A stretch of 64,000 nucleotides of DNA from an uncultured Dictyoglomota bacterium (GCA_964654465.1 CAZZIO010000065.1:123986-187985); one strand, 5' to 3'. Shown: positions 41,238 to 51,586, numbered from the stretch's first letter. Notes: generated by a model from the sequence alone, not told the origin. Made by a program: numbers and translations.

Positions 41238-42019
41238 ATTAACTCTCCTCTCTTTAAATTTTTTAATAACATATTAAAAAACAACAACACTAATATTAGA
41301 AGGGAAGTCCCTATAATAAACAAGTACCAAATATTACGCATAAACATTTCATAAAAAGGATTAACAACTAACTTGAAAGATATTTCAGAACCAATATATA
41401 TGGCCAATACTACCGATATTATTTGTAAGACCTCAAACCTCTTTTTAATAATTAAATACAGAGGTAACAATATATAGGGAACTATATAATTAAAAAACAC
41501 TTCTAATAAAGGCAATTTCATAGGAAAACCAATACCTTCCCAAATGAAAGAAAAATCTGCTCCCAAGAATAAATTTGTAACCATACTACTGAAAAAGATC
41601 AAAGATAAAGATAGAAACATAGAGGATATGAATAAATATTTAAAGCGTCCAGCCTTTTTGTAATAATCCTTAGCTAATTTATAAGAGAAAATAAAAAGAA
41701 GCAAATCTGCCAAAGTACCTAATGGAAAAGACAACACACAAAGAACAGCTGCTAGAGGAAAATTTTTAAATGGATTTTCATCATATATACCACCTTCATA
41801 TCCCTGAACTTTTGGGGGTTCTGGAATCTCTCTATTAAGAATAATCGCAGGTAGTACAAAAATTCCATGTCCTCCTTCATGACAAAGTATATTAGTAATT
41901 GTAAATATAGGATTTAAGAGAATAAGCAAAAGAACAAGCAAAATATATTTTAACAAAGAGTTTTCTTTAATGATTTTGTTAACTAAAAACCACATCTTAT
42001 TAAATTCCCTCATAATCAC
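41234..42019 (-). CDS. Multi-pass membrane protein with HExxH motif (M50/site-2-protease-like)
   Basis: CHEGGHG next to a TM helix; later 'NLFLGADF'; about 7 TM. Confidence 0.5.
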   Translation of the reverse strand: MIMREFNKMWFLVNKIIKENSLLKYILLVLLLILLNPIFTITNILCHEGGHGIFVLPAIILNREIPEPPKVQGYEGGIYDENPFKNFPLAAVLCVLSFPLGTLADLLLFIFSYKLAKDYYKKAGRFKYLFISSMFLSLSLIFFSSMVTNLFLGADFSFIWEGIGFPMKLPLLEVFFNYIVPYILLPLYLIIKKRFEVLQIISVVLAIYIGSEISFKLVVNPFYEMFMRNIWYLFIIGTSLLILVLLFFNMLLKNLKRGELI

Positions 42020-42789
42020 TATTTTATCTCCATTTTTTTCTCAAAAACCCAGGAGTTTAACATTAAAAAAGAGATAGTAACAATGATATCAAATAATATT
42101 ACAAAAATATTAATACTATAGCTACCACCAGATACACTTATTGAGGTTTCTAATGAGCCAGTAATACTCTCAAAATTAAATTGAGGTAAATTAAAATTAA
42201 GACTGTATGGAAACCACTTACAAATTATAGCTCTTATTTTATCGCCAAAAACCAGAATAAGAATTACTATCATATAAAGCATCCTTTTAAAAGGATTTTT
42301 CTCTGAAGGAAGACCATTTGCAATAGGAAAGGTTGAAGCTAATATAACAACTTCCCATAAACCAGGAATTAGAAGTATTATGGTGTAAATTCCACCCCTT
42401 TGTAAATAATTGATAATTAGACTTTTAAATGCTGGATTCATATGATTAATTATTATGGTCATGAAGCTTAGATTTAAGATTAAAATATATAAGCTTTCTA
42501 ATAATCCCATAAGCATTCTACGAATATAAATATATTTAGGATTAATTGGAATGGAGTAATAAAGAGATTTCATATCCTCTGATGCTAAACTTGTAATATT
42601 AAAAATCCCATTTAAAATTATTGACACCAATAACAATATAAAAGATAAAACAAAACCATCTTCAGGGGTTAAATTCCTAAAATAAAGATATCCTATAAAA
42701 AGACTGATGTATACCCCAATAGTTACAATAGTAATAATTAAATAATATCTCTTTTTTCCTAATATCCCATATTTAAATAAATTTAACAT
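42019..42789 (-). CDS. ABC-2-type permease (Ytr-like)
   Basis: About 6 TM, 'LYYSIPINP' motif, directly downstream of the ABC ATPase. Confidence 0.7.
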   Translation of the reverse strand: MLNLFKYGILGKKRYYLIITIVTIGVYISLFIGYLYFRNLTPEDGFVLSFILLLVSIILNGIFNITSLASEDMKSLYYSIPINPKYIYIRRMLMGLLESLYILILNLSFMTIIINHMNPAFKSLIINYLQRGGIYTIILLIPGLWEVVILASTFPIANGLPSEKNPFKRMLYMIVILILVFGDKIRAIICKWFPYSLNFNLPQFNFESITGSLETSISVSGGSYSINIFVILFDIIVTISFLMLNSWVFEKKMEIK

Positions 42790-42803
42790 ACCCGTAACCT
42801 CCC

Positions 42804-43493
42804 TTAAAATGTATTCCTAAATAATTTATCTATGGACATCTTCTTTTCTTCTCTAAGAGTCTCTGCTTTCCCATCAATTAGAATCTCTCCATTGGAGATA
42901 AATACAGCCCTATCAATAATAGACTCTACATCATCAATAAGATGAGTGGAAATTATCATTAAACTATCCTCTCTATAGTTCTTCAAAATACCAGTTAATA
43001 TTCTTTCACGTGACGCTGGATCTATTCCTCCCAAAGGTTCATCCAAAAGATAGACCTTTGCTTTTCTTGAAATAGCAAGGCTCAAACATACTTTTTCTTG
43101 TTCACCTTTGGAAAGTTCTTTTATTTTACTCTCAAATTTTAAATCAAAGTACTCCAACAAATCCTTAAACTTTTTCTCTTCAAAATAAGGAAAAAAATCT
43201 TTATAAAAATTAAAGGCATCTTTAATCTTCATCCATGAAGGAAGCAAATTATTATCAGGTAAAAAAGAGACTATAGCTCTGGTATTATAGTTTATATCTT
43301 TACCGTCAACTTTTATACTCCCAGAAGAAGGTCTTAAAAATCCTATAATTAATTTTAATAAAGTGGTTTTCCCACTTCCATTAGGGCCAAAAAGCCCTAC
43401 AATTTCTCCTAAATCTCCAGTCAAATTTACATTCTTTAATGCACATTTTTTTCCATAATATTTATACAAACCTTTAACCTCTAAAACTCCCAT
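42804..43493 (-). CDS. ABC ATP-binding protein (YtrB/YhcG-like)
   Basis: GPNGSGKT, LSKGE, LLDEPLGGIDP, STH. Confidence 0.92.
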   Translation of the reverse strand: MGVLEVKGLYKYYGKKCALKNVNLTGDLGEIVGLFGPNGSGKTTLLKLIIGFLRPSSGSIKVDGKDINYNTRAIVSFLPDNNLLPSWMKIKDAFNFYKDFFPYFEEKKFKDLLEYFDLKFESKIKELSKGEQEKVCLSLAISRKAKVYLLDEPLGGIDPASRERILTGILKNYREDSLMIISTHLIDDVESIIDRAVFISNGEILIDGKAETLREEKKMSIDKLFRNTF

Positions 43494-43859
43494 TTAATTA
43501 ACCTCCTCCCAATATTTGGCTAATAGAAGATTCAAGTCTTCCTTAGATAAATTAATTTCCTTCATCTCCTTTATAAAAGCCTTTATCCTTTCACTTGCTA
43601 AATTTTCTTTAAGCTTCATAAGTTTCTTTTCATTGCTTATCACAAAGGAACCTACACCTTTAACAGTTTCTATTATTCCTTCCCTTTCTAATTCTTGATA
43701 AACTCTCTGAACAGTATTAGGATTTACCTTTAATTCCAATGCCAACTCTCTTACTGAAGGCAATTTATCACCTCCTTTTAATTCACCCTTAATTATTTTT
43801 TTCTTAATCAGATCCATAATTTGAAGATATATAGGAATACGCTCATCAAAATCAGTCAT
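43494..43859 (-). CDS. GntR-family regulator, YtrA subfamily
   Basis: PIYLQI, GDKLPSVRELA, VNPNTVQR, short C-terminal domain. Start moved to ATG 43859, after SD AGGAGGTG. Confidence 0.92.
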   Translation of the reverse strand: MTDFDERIPIYLQIMDLIKKKIIKGELKGGDKLPSVRELALELKVNPNTVQRVYQELEREGIIETVKGVGSFVISNEKKLMKLKENLASERIKAFIKEMKEINLSKEDLNLLLAKYWEEVN

Positions 43860-43883
43860 TTTACACCTCCTTTCAATATGTAT

Positions 43884-43928
43884 TACTGTATTAGTTATAT
43901 AATACAGTATGACAATAAAATTTGTCAA
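43884..43928 (-). promoter_or_regulatory. YtrA-type operator overlapping the gntR promoter
   Basis: Perfect palindrome TACTGTATTA-gttata-TAATACAGTA (43884-43909); minus-strand TTGACA (43928-43923), 18 nt, TATTAT (43904-43899). Confidence 0.8.
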
Positions 43929-43982
43929 GGGTATGATAGAATATTCAAGAAATATATAACGAAGAAAGGAGGAATGATTATT

Positions 43983-45215
43983 TTGAAGAAATCTAATTCT
44001 AACCTTTTCCTCTATCCCAAAATAAGATGGATTTATATACCCTTGGGAATAATCATATACATATGCTTAGGAACTGTATATTCATGGAGTGTTTTTAGAA
44101 AACCCTTAGAAAATCTTTTAAACATAACAGCAACCCAAAGTGGTATTCCTTATATGCTCTTTTTGTTCTTTTTTTCTCTCTTCATGGCTATTTCGGGAGG
44201 ATTTATAAACAAATTTAAGCCTAAATATGTTATTATCTTTGGAGGTTTATTGGTTGGTTTAGGTTGGATTCTTTCTGGGTTTCTACCACAAATCAACTAT
44301 ATCTCAATAACATATGGAATAATAGCAGGAAGTGGTGTTGGAATAGTATATGGAGTACCCATTGCTGTAATATCAAGGTGGTTCCCAGACAAAAGAGGAC
44401 TTTCTATGGGTCTTGTAATATCAGGCTTTGGATTATCTCCTCTTATAACTGCTCCCTTAGCAAGACAGCTAATAAGCTTATATGGACCCTTTAATACTTT
44501 TAAAATCTTAGGAGCTATTTTTATATTTTTAATTACTTTTACAGGATTTTTCTTTAAATTTCCTTCAGAAAAACTTGATTTAAAAAAAACTCAATCCACA
44601 CAAAAGAGAATATTGTCTGAGTTAAATCCAAAAGAAATGTTAAAAAGTCCTAAATTTTATGGGCTATGGTTTTGCTATTTAATAGGAACCTTAATAGGAT
44701 TAATGATTATTGGAATATCAAGTCCTGTGGGAGAAGAATTAGTAAAATTAGATCCAAATATTACTGCAAGACTTATATCTATTTTTGCTATTTTCAATGC
44801 TTTAGGTAGACCACTATTTGGTTGGATAACCGATAAACTACTACCCATGAAATCTGCAATTACCTCTTATATTTTGGTAATAATAGGTACTCTTCTTATG
44901 CTATTATCACAGGATCGAAATCCAATTTTTTATATTATTTCTTTTTCGCTATTTTGGTTAATTCTCGGAGCTTGGCTCGCAATAGCTCCAGCATCTACCA
45001 TCATTTTATTTGGAGAGAAAAATTATAGCAAAAATTACGGAATTGTCTTTACAGCTTATGGTTTCGGAGCTATTATAGGAGTTATGATTTCAGGGATGCT
45101 AAGGGATATTTTTGGCAGTTATTTATATGTTTTTTATTTATTAATAGTCTTGGGAATTTTAGGAATTATCATTGCTTCCACATTTTTAAAAGATAAATCA
45201 AATTTGTATGGGTAA
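43983..45215 (+). CDS. OFA-family MFS transporter (oxalate/formate antiporter-like)
   Basis: GTVYSWSVF, RWFPDKRGLSMG, FNALGRP..GWITD, FGEKNYSKNYG. Start probably TTG 43983 (or ATG 43974), after AGGAGG. Confidence 0.85.
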   Translation: MKKSNSNLFLYPKIRWIYIPLGIIIYICLGTVYSWSVFRKPLENLLNITATQSGIPYMLFLFFFSLFMAISGGFINKFKPKYVIIFGGLLVGLGWILSGFLPQINYISITYGIIAGSGVGIVYGVPIAVISRWFPDKRGLSMGLVISGFGLSPLITAPLARQLISLYGPFNTFKILGAIFIFLITFTGFFFKFPSEKLDLKKTQSTQKRILSELNPKEMLKSPKFYGLWFCYLIGTLIGLMIIGISSPVGEELVKLDPNITARLISIFAIFNALGRPLFGWITDKLLPMKSAITSYILVIIGTLLMLLSQDRNPIFYIISFSLFWLILGAWLAIAPASTIILFGEKNYSKNYGIVFTAYGFGAIIGVMISGMLRDIFGSYLYVFYLLIVLGILGIIIASTFLKDKSNLYG

Positions 45216-45229
45216 TTAAAAACATTAAG

Positions 45230-46255
45230 ATGAAGGCAATGGTATTAAAAAGAATATGCGATCTTTCAGAATGTAACAATCCATTAGTACTTGAAGAGCT
45301 ACCTATTCCATCACCTAAGGAAAAGGAGATTTTAATAAAGGTCTCTGCCTGTGGAGTATGTAGAACTGATCTGGATATTATTGAAGGAAGAACTCCTCCC
45401 ACAAAACTTCCCATTATCTTGGGACATCAGATAGTTGGAAGAGTAGTTGAAAAGGGAGAAAAAGCCAAAAGATTTGAGATAGGAGATAGAGTTGGCATTG
45501 CATGGATAAACTCTTCTTGTGGTAAATGCAAATTCTGCTTTTCAGGACAAGAAAATTTATGTGATGAATTTAAAGCAACTGGAAGAGATGTGGATGGTGG
45601 TTATGCAGAATACGCCATAGTATCAGAAGATTTTGCATATAAAATTCCTGAAAATTACTCAGATGAAGAAGCTGCCCCTTTACTTTGTGCAGGAGCAGTA
45701 GGTTATAGATCTCTTAAACTTGCTCAAATAAAAGATGGAGATAATATTGGACTTTCTGGATTTGGGGCTTCAGGTCATTTAGTATTAAAAATGATAAAAG
45801 CTCTATATCCTAATTCTAAAATTTTTGTATTCTCAAGGAATGAAAAGGAAAGAATCTTTGCTAAAGAACTTTTAGCCTTTTGGACAGGAGATTTTGAAGA
45901 AGAAACACCAGAAAAATTGAAAGCAATAATAGATACTACTCCTGCTTGGAGACCTATTGTATTGGTCTTAAAAAATTTAGAAAAAGGAGGTCGACTTGTA
46001 ATAAATGCCATAAGAAAAGAAGAAAAAGATAAAGAATTTCTTTTAAATATAAATTATGAAAGAGATTTATGGATGGAAAAGGAGATAAAATCAACAGCAA
46101 ATGTAACAAGAAAAGATGTAGAAGAATTTTTAACTCTTGCTCAAAAGTTTAATTTTAAGCCAGAGGTTCAAATATATCCATTAGAATCTGCAAATTTAGC
46201 TCTTTTAGAATTAAAACAAGGTAAGATAAGAGGAGGAAAGGTATTAAAAATATGA
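45230..46255 (+). CDS. Zinc-dependent alcohol dehydrogenase family protein
   Basis: CGVCRTD, GHQIVG, CGKCKFC...NLC, PLLCAG, GFGASG. Confidence 0.9.
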   Translation: MKAMVLKRICDLSECNNPLVLEELPIPSPKEKEILIKVSACGVCRTDLDIIEGRTPPTKLPIILGHQIVGRVVEKGEKAKRFEIGDRVGIAWINSSCGKCKFCFSGQENLCDEFKATGRDVDGGYAEYAIVSEDFAYKIPENYSDEEAAPLLCAGAVGYRSLKLAQIKDGDNIGLSGFGASGHLVLKMIKALYPNSKIFVFSRNEKERIFAKELLAFWTGDFEEETPEKLKAIIDTTPAWRPIVLVLKNLEKGGRLVINAIRKEEKDKEFLLNINYERDLWMEKEIKSTANVTRKDVEEFLTLAQKFNFKPEVQIYPLESANLALLELKQGKIRGGKVLKI

Positions 46256-47544
46256 TAAAAATAGAAAATTTTACCGAAAGAAAGGAACATTTCCATTCAA
46301 GAGAAGTAAGAATTTTAGAATTTAACTTCTCCATATTAGAAGAATCCTATTACGATTTTTATATTTACTATACTTCTAAGGAATATCATTTAAAATGTTA
46401 TTGCTTCCTAAACGATCTTGCCTTGGGAGAAGCTAATCTTTTTCCTAATGAAAATTACCGCCTCATGGGTGACCTAAAACTAAAAAAGGGAAATTATACC
46501 CTTTCCATAGGCCATATTCCAGAAGATTTTAAAATTCATCATATTGAACTTTTTAAGAAAGAAAAAAGTAACTTTAAATTTCCTGAATTTAAGATTAGAA
46601 ATAATTTAGCCAATTCTGCCAAGAAACTTTTAGAATTTTTTGAAAAAATATACTCCAAATACATAATTGCAGGTCAACATACAAATACGTCAGCAGGGCC
46701 TGAAATAGCCTACCTTGAATATATTACAGGTAAACTTCCTGCTTTAAGAGGTTTTGATCTTTTAAGTTATTCATCTAAAACAAGGACTGAAAACATGACA
46801 CAAGATGCAATAATAGAGATAGAGGGAAATAAAGGCTCTATAGAAAAAGCCATAGAATGGGGTAAAGATTATAATGGAGTTGTAACTTTTTGCTGGCATT
46901 GGTATGCTCCAACAGGTGGAAAAGATAAAACATTTTATACAATTAACACTAACTTTGATCTAGAAGAAGCCTTAAAACCTGGAACAGAAGAAAATAAAGC
47001 ATTGATGTTGGATATAGATTTAATAGCTAAGGAACTTTTAAAATTAAAATCAGCTAATATTCCTGTATTATGGAGACCACTACATGAAGCTGATGGGAAA
47101 TGGTTTTGGTGGGGAGCAAAAGGACCCAAAGCTTACAAAGAACTATATTATCTTCTTTTTGACATTTTAACAAATAAATACGGATTAAATAATCTCCTTT
47201 GGATTTGGAATGCTCCTCATCAAGAATGGAAAATTGATGATGAGTATTATGATATAGCTGGTATAGATAACTATGTCCCTGCTGGAAATTATGGTCCTAT
47301 GAAATTTTCTTATGATTATCTTTCCCATTTAACAGATTATAAAAAACCTCTTGCTTTAACCGAAAATGGACCTATACCCGATCCTGATTTACTTTTTGAA
47401 TATGAGGCTTGTTTTTTATGGTTTATGCCATGGTTTGGTTCTTTTATATTCGATCATAACATTAATTCAAAAGAACATTTAATTAAAGTTTATAATCACG
47501 AACGTGTTATAACATTAGATAAATTTCAATGCTATAATAATTAA
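46252..47544 (+). CDS. GH26 beta-mannanase with a small N-terminal beta-sandwich domain, no signal peptide
   Basis: IAGQH, RGFD, CWHW, WRPLHEADGKWFWWG (acid/base), ALTENG (nucleophile). Confidence 0.9.
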   Translation: MIKIENFTERKEHFHSREVRILEFNFSILEESYYDFYIYYTSKEYHLKCYCFLNDLALGEANLFPNENYRLMGDLKLKKGNYTLSIGHIPEDFKIHHIELFKKEKSNFKFPEFKIRNNLANSAKKLLEFFEKIYSKYIIAGQHTNTSAGPEIAYLEYITGKLPALRGFDLLSYSSKTRTENMTQDAIIEIEGNKGSIEKAIEWGKDYNGVVTFCWHWYAPTGGKDKTFYTINTNFDLEEALKPGTEENKALMLDIDLIAKELLKLKSANIPVLWRPLHEADGKWFWWGAKGPKAYKELYYLLFDILTNKYGLNNLLWIWNAPHQEWKIDDEYYDIAGIDNYVPAGNYGPMKFSYDYLSHLTDYKKPLALTENGPIPDPDLLFEYEACFLWFMPWFGSFIFDHNINSKEHLIKVYNHERVITLDKFQCYNN

Positions 47545-47567
47545 TAAACATAGAGGGGAGGTATAAA

Positions 47568-48431
47568 ATGAAACGCTTACTTATCTTTATTTTTCTCCTT
47601 CTTTTTATGATACCTATATTAGGGGCAGAACCACGCTATAAAGATGCTCTTATTCTTAGAGAACCTTCTTCTGCAGATATCAAAACTAAAAATCTTCCTC
47701 TTACTATGGAGCTTAATTTTTGGAATATTTCAAGCTATGAAGGAGAAACTTGGATGGCATTTTATGAAAAAGATGATACAGTAGAGTATTATGCAGACAT
47801 AAAAAATATTGTATTAAAGGATAAAAATTCATGGGTACATGGATACCCAGAAGTCTATTATGGGTATAAACCATGGTCTGTTCGAGGAACATATTGCGAA
47901 AAACTTGTTCTTCCACAAAAAGTATCTAAATTCCCTGACATCTATTTTAACTTTAAATACTCTTTATGGCATGAAAGCTATCTACCAATAAATTTTGCCA
48001 TGGAAACATGGATCACACGTGAAGAAAAACAAAAATCAGTTTCTTCTGGTGATATTGAAATGATGGTATGGCTATACGCCCAAAAATTAGGACCAGCTGG
48101 TAGAAAGGTTGCAGAAGTAAAGATTCCAATTATATATAATGGAAGGGTTAAAGATATAATTTGGGAGGTCTATGTATCTCCTATGTCATGGGATTATATA
48201 GCCTACAGATCAAAGGAGAATTTAAAGGAAGGAGAAGTAAAGATACCTATAAATGATTTTCTAAAAAATTTGAGAGATATTATTAAGCAATACTCTAAAA
48301 GAATTACTCCAGAACAGTTTGACCAAATGTACGTTACAGATTGGGAAATAGGAACTGAATTTGGAGATCCTTATACTACATCTGCAAAATTTGGATGGAC
48401 ATTTTCAAATTTTGATATAGAAAATAAATAA
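47568..48431 (+). CDS. Secreted GH12 endo-beta-1,4-glucanase
   Basis: Signal peptide; ELNFWNI, VHGYPE..YGYKPW, NFAMETW, EMMVWLY, WEIGTEFG (Thermotoga/Pyrococcus type). Confidence 0.92.
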   Translation: MKRLLIFIFLLLFMIPILGAEPRYKDALILREPSSADIKTKNLPLTMELNFWNISSYEGETWMAFYEKDDTVEYYADIKNIVLKDKNSWVHGYPEVYYGYKPWSVRGTYCEKLVLPQKVSKFPDIYFNFKYSLWHESYLPINFAMETWITREEKQKSVSSGDIEMMVWLYAQKLGPAGRKVAEVKIPIIYNGRVKDIIWEVYVSPMSWDYIAYRSKENLKEGEVKIPINDFLKNLRDIIKQYSKRITPEQFDQMYVTDWEIGTEFGDPYTTSAKFGWTFSNFDIENK

Positions 48432-48432
48432 A

Positions 48433-48462
48433 AAAGAGGGGAGAATTACCTCTCCCCTCTTT
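48433..48462. terminator. Bidirectional terminator overlapping the 3' end of the GGDEF gene
   Basis: AAAGAGGGGAGA-6 nt-TCTCCCCTCTTT; the GGDEF stop codon lies in the loop. Confidence 0.75.
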
Positions 48463-51400
48463 CATACTTATACTTATACATCTTAAAATCAGCCCTACTT
48501 ATTAATTCATAAGGTGAAGTAATATCTTCGGAAGAAGTCTCTATTCCATAACTTATTTTTATTTTTCCGTTGGTAGAATTATCAATATGCATTTTTATCC
48601 TTTCCACCACTTTTAAAGCATCATCATAATCAGCCTTTCTCAAAATTACAAGAAATTCATCTCCACCCCATCTAATAGCAGAATCGTTTTGTCTAATTGA
48701 ATTTTTAATAATATTAGCAACTTCTTTCAATAAGTAATCACCATATAAATGTCCCAAAGTATCATTAATCTTTTTAAAAGAATCTATATCTATAAATACA
48801 ACGCTAAATTTCTCTTTTTCTCTTACAAAGTCAGAAAAGGCTTCTTCTATTTTTCTTTCTCCATAAGATCTATTAAAAATACCTGTTAAAGGATCATAAA
48901 TTCCATATTTTTTCTCCCAAAAGATAATAAAATTCTTAAGTATATTTCTCATAATAAAGAAGACTTTTGGAGAAGGTTTTTCTAAGGAATAAAGCTTAAT
49001 TGTATACGGCATTCTTCTATAAGTAGGTCTTAAATGAGAATCATATAAAAGTCTATTTCCTTTCTCTAAGACTCTATCCCCTATATCTATCCTTACCATA
49101 AAATCTTCCAAAAAATCTGTCAAAATTCTATATATAATCTCCATAGCCTCTTCCTCTTCTCTTGCCTCCATCAGTGCTTTTCCCATATAAAGATCAAGAG
49201 CTCTTAATTTGGAGTGTTCTTGTATTATCTCCTTATAAGTATCACCCATCTTTTCTTTTATTTTATTTATCACATCTTCAATCCCAAGAAGAATAGCAAG
49301 CTCAAAAGCTTCCAATCTTACATATGGAAGAAATCCCATAAAAAATTCTCTCTTAACCATATATTCATCAAGAAGCATGTATGAATATAAAGCATCTAAA
49401 AACTCCCATCTTTCTAACATTTCATCAATGTAACCTATAAGATTTAAAAAACTTTCTCTTAGAATAAACCCCTTCAAGAAAACATGCAAAGGAAAGTCTG
49501 TAGGATATTCTCTTAATGACTTTGAAAGATCAAATCCTCTTTCAGCAGAAAGTTTCATATATAAGGTAATTATTTGTTCCTCCTTAGTATTAAGGACTTC
49601 TTCTTCAGAAATATCATATTCCTTATTTAGAAAAGTCTTTAATATCTTCACTAATATTTCACTCTCTTTTATATTTTTAATTTCTTCCAGTTTCTGAATT
49701 ATTCTTTCCAAATCATTTAATTTTCCATAAGAAAGATATGATATTGCTAATCTCCTATAACCTGAATATAAAAAATAATCAAATTTAATATCCTCTAAAA
49801 GACTTTCAAGGATATTGATTAAACCTATCATTTCTTCATAATTACAATATTGAATCTTATTCTTTATAAGATTTCCTAAACTTATAACCACTAAATTTGG
49901 TGATAGATATTTTGAAAGCTCGTATGCCTTCAAAGAAGCAGAAATAGACGCTCTCGGACCGTTCAAGTAAGCCTTCAAATCCCCTATATTATTCAATAAT
50001 TTATGCAAAATTACTTTGTCCTTTGTCTTATTTGCAAAAGAAAGGCCAGTCTCAAAAAAGGATAAAGCCTTCTCATATTTATTCTCTCCCATAGTCAAAA
50101 GTCCAAGCATGTTATAAAAATTAGCCAAATACTTAGGAGAAGATTTGAGATTTATAACTTGATCAAGATATTTGTTAAAAAGATATAATCCATCCTCAAC
50201 CTTCTTAGATAAGAAATAATAACTTCCTATTCTTGAAAGAATCTCTGGGGTTTCATAAGATACAGAAATATCCATAAAATTATTCTTAATAATTTCTTCT
50301 GCCTCTTCATATTTACCAAGATAAGATAGACATCTAACCTTAGTTGCTAAATCTAATAAATTATTTTTTTCCAAATCATTTATAAGTTCTAAAGCCCAAG
50401 AAAATTCTTGGAAATTAATAAGTAGATCAATTAATTCCCTTCTGTAAAGATCCTTATTGGGTATCTCTTTTTGAAGAATCTCCTTTAGAATATTGCTTTT
50501 TCTCTGTAGATTATATGTACTTCTATATTCCTTAAGTTTAAATAAAGTCCAACTTCTTATATCATCCTCTGAAAGTAAAGCCAGTCTTCCCCATAAATCA
50601 GAGTAATTGTATGAAGAAAGCTTTTTAGCAAATTTCTCTCTTAAAACTTTTTCATCCTTTATATAGCTTCTAATATTATTAAGTACATCTTCTGAAGCAA
50701 ATCTCCATAAAGGATATTCCCATTTTAGAATTCTGCTTTCAGCAAATTCCTTCATAAATTTAAGAGGGCCATAAATATCCTTAACAGCCTTTATAGTAGT
50801 AGAAGAAAATGTTTTACCCACTATGGTGAAAGTAAAAAGGGCATTTTTATCACTCTCAGAAAGGTTAGAGACTTTTTCATGTATAATCTCATCTAAAGGT
50901 TTAAATTGATTCACAAAAATAATTTCTGCATTATTCCAATTACCCTTACTTAAGTTATATAATTTTTTAGCTTCTTTAGGGGTAATATTAAAAGCCTTAG
51001 ACATTTCATAAACTACAATACCTTCCTTAGTTATAGGTACAACATACTTATCAGGATTAAGCCTAAAACAATTCAAAGCAAAATCCTTCCCCGCAATTAA
51101 AAATCTTATATCATACTTTTTCCTTAAATAGGGGATTAGTTCTGAAAAAATTTCATTAAAATACAAGTATTCTTGCCAATTATCGAAAAACCAGTATTTT
51201 ATAGTTTTACGTTCAAGAATTACCTTAATAATATCCAAAATTTGAGAGATCTCAGCATCTTTTGTGATTACCTCTTCAGCATCATAATCTTTCAAAAGAC
51301 ACAAAAACCTTGGATGTATATAACGCCTTAAAATAGGTCCAACTATATGACCCTTCTCATCTAAAAACCTTTTTTTATCAATCAAATTAAGCAATGATAA

Positions 51401-51586
51401 GAAAAATTCACCAATAGGAGTCCTATGTGATGCATAATGAGTAAAGATAGATTGGGATTTTAATTTATTGTATAAAGACTTTAGTATATATGTTCTTCCA
51501 CTTCCTTGTGGAAAATCTAAATATACTATTCTCTCCCTATCAAGGAGAGATTCTAAATAATTAATATTCTGCAAGATTAACCCCAT
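48446..51586 (-). CDS. Diguanylate cyclase with degenerate N-terminal P-loop domain and central TPR-like region
   Basis: C-terminal DPLTG.FNR, DIDSFKKIND..GH..GD, RQND I-site, RWGGDEF; N-terminal FPQGSGRT and WFFDN; TPR-like 'LANFYNMLG...ALSFFE..L...LLNNIG'. Confidence 0.85.
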   Translation of the reverse strand: MGLILQNINYLESLLDRERIVYLDFPQGSGRTYILKSLYNKLKSQSIFTHYASHRTPIGEFFLSLLNLIDKKRFLDEKGHIVGPILRRYIHPRFLCLLKDYDAEEVITKDAEISQILDIIKVILERKTIKYWFFDNWQEYLYFNEIFSELIPYLRKKYDIRFLIAGKDFALNCFRLNPDKYVVPITKEGIVVYEMSKAFNITPKEAKKLYNLSKGNWNNAEIIFVNQFKPLDEIIHEKVSNLSESDKNALFTFTIVGKTFSSTTIKAVKDIYGPLKFMKEFAESRILKWEYPLWRFASEDVLNNIRSYIKDEKVLREKFAKKLSSYNYSDLWGRLALLSEDDIRSWTLFKLKEYRSTYNLQRKSNILKEILQKEIPNKDLYRRELIDLLINFQEFSWALELINDLEKNNLLDLATKVRCLSYLGKYEEAEEIIKNNFMDISVSYETPEILSRIGSYYFLSKKVEDGLYLFNKYLDQVINLKSSPKYLANFYNMLGLLTMGENKYEKALSFFETGLSFANKTKDKVILHKLLNNIGDLKAYLNGPRASISASLKAYELSKYLSPNLVVISLGNLIKNKIQYCNYEEMIGLINILESLLEDIKFDYFLYSGYRRLAISYLSYGKLNDLERIIQKLEEIKNIKESEILVKILKTFLNKEYDISEEEVLNTKEEQIITLYMKLSAERGFDLSKSLREYPTDFPLHVFLKGFILRESFLNLIGYIDEMLERWEFLDALYSYMLLDEYMVKREFFMGFLPYVRLEAFELAILLGIEDVINKIKEKMGDTYKEIIQEHSKLRALDLYMGKALMEAREEEEAMEIIYRILTDFLEDFMVRIDIGDRVLEKGNRLLYDSHLRPTYRRMPYTIKLYSLEKPSPKVFFIMRNILKNFIIFWEKKYGIYDPLTGIFNRSYGERKIEEAFSDFVREKEKFSVVFIDIDSFKKINDTLGHLYGDYLLKEVANIIKNSIRQNDSAIRWGGDEFLVILRKADYDDALKVVERIKMHIDNSTNGKIKISYGIETSSEDITSPYELISRADFKMYKYKYERGER

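Noticed and set aside
43821-43982. Apparent head-to-head overlap of the gntR and MFS ORFs
   Set aside because: Artefact of longest-ORF calling; SD-supported starts at 43859 (-) and 43983/43974 (+) leave a normal intergenic region. Similar over-extensions corrected at 5477, 16961, 37055, 53233 and 59506.
48446-51586. Avs-type antiviral STAND protein
   Set aside because: The effector is a C-terminal GGDEF and the P-loop is degenerate; the layout fits signalling proteins better than Avs. Kept only as a weaker finding.
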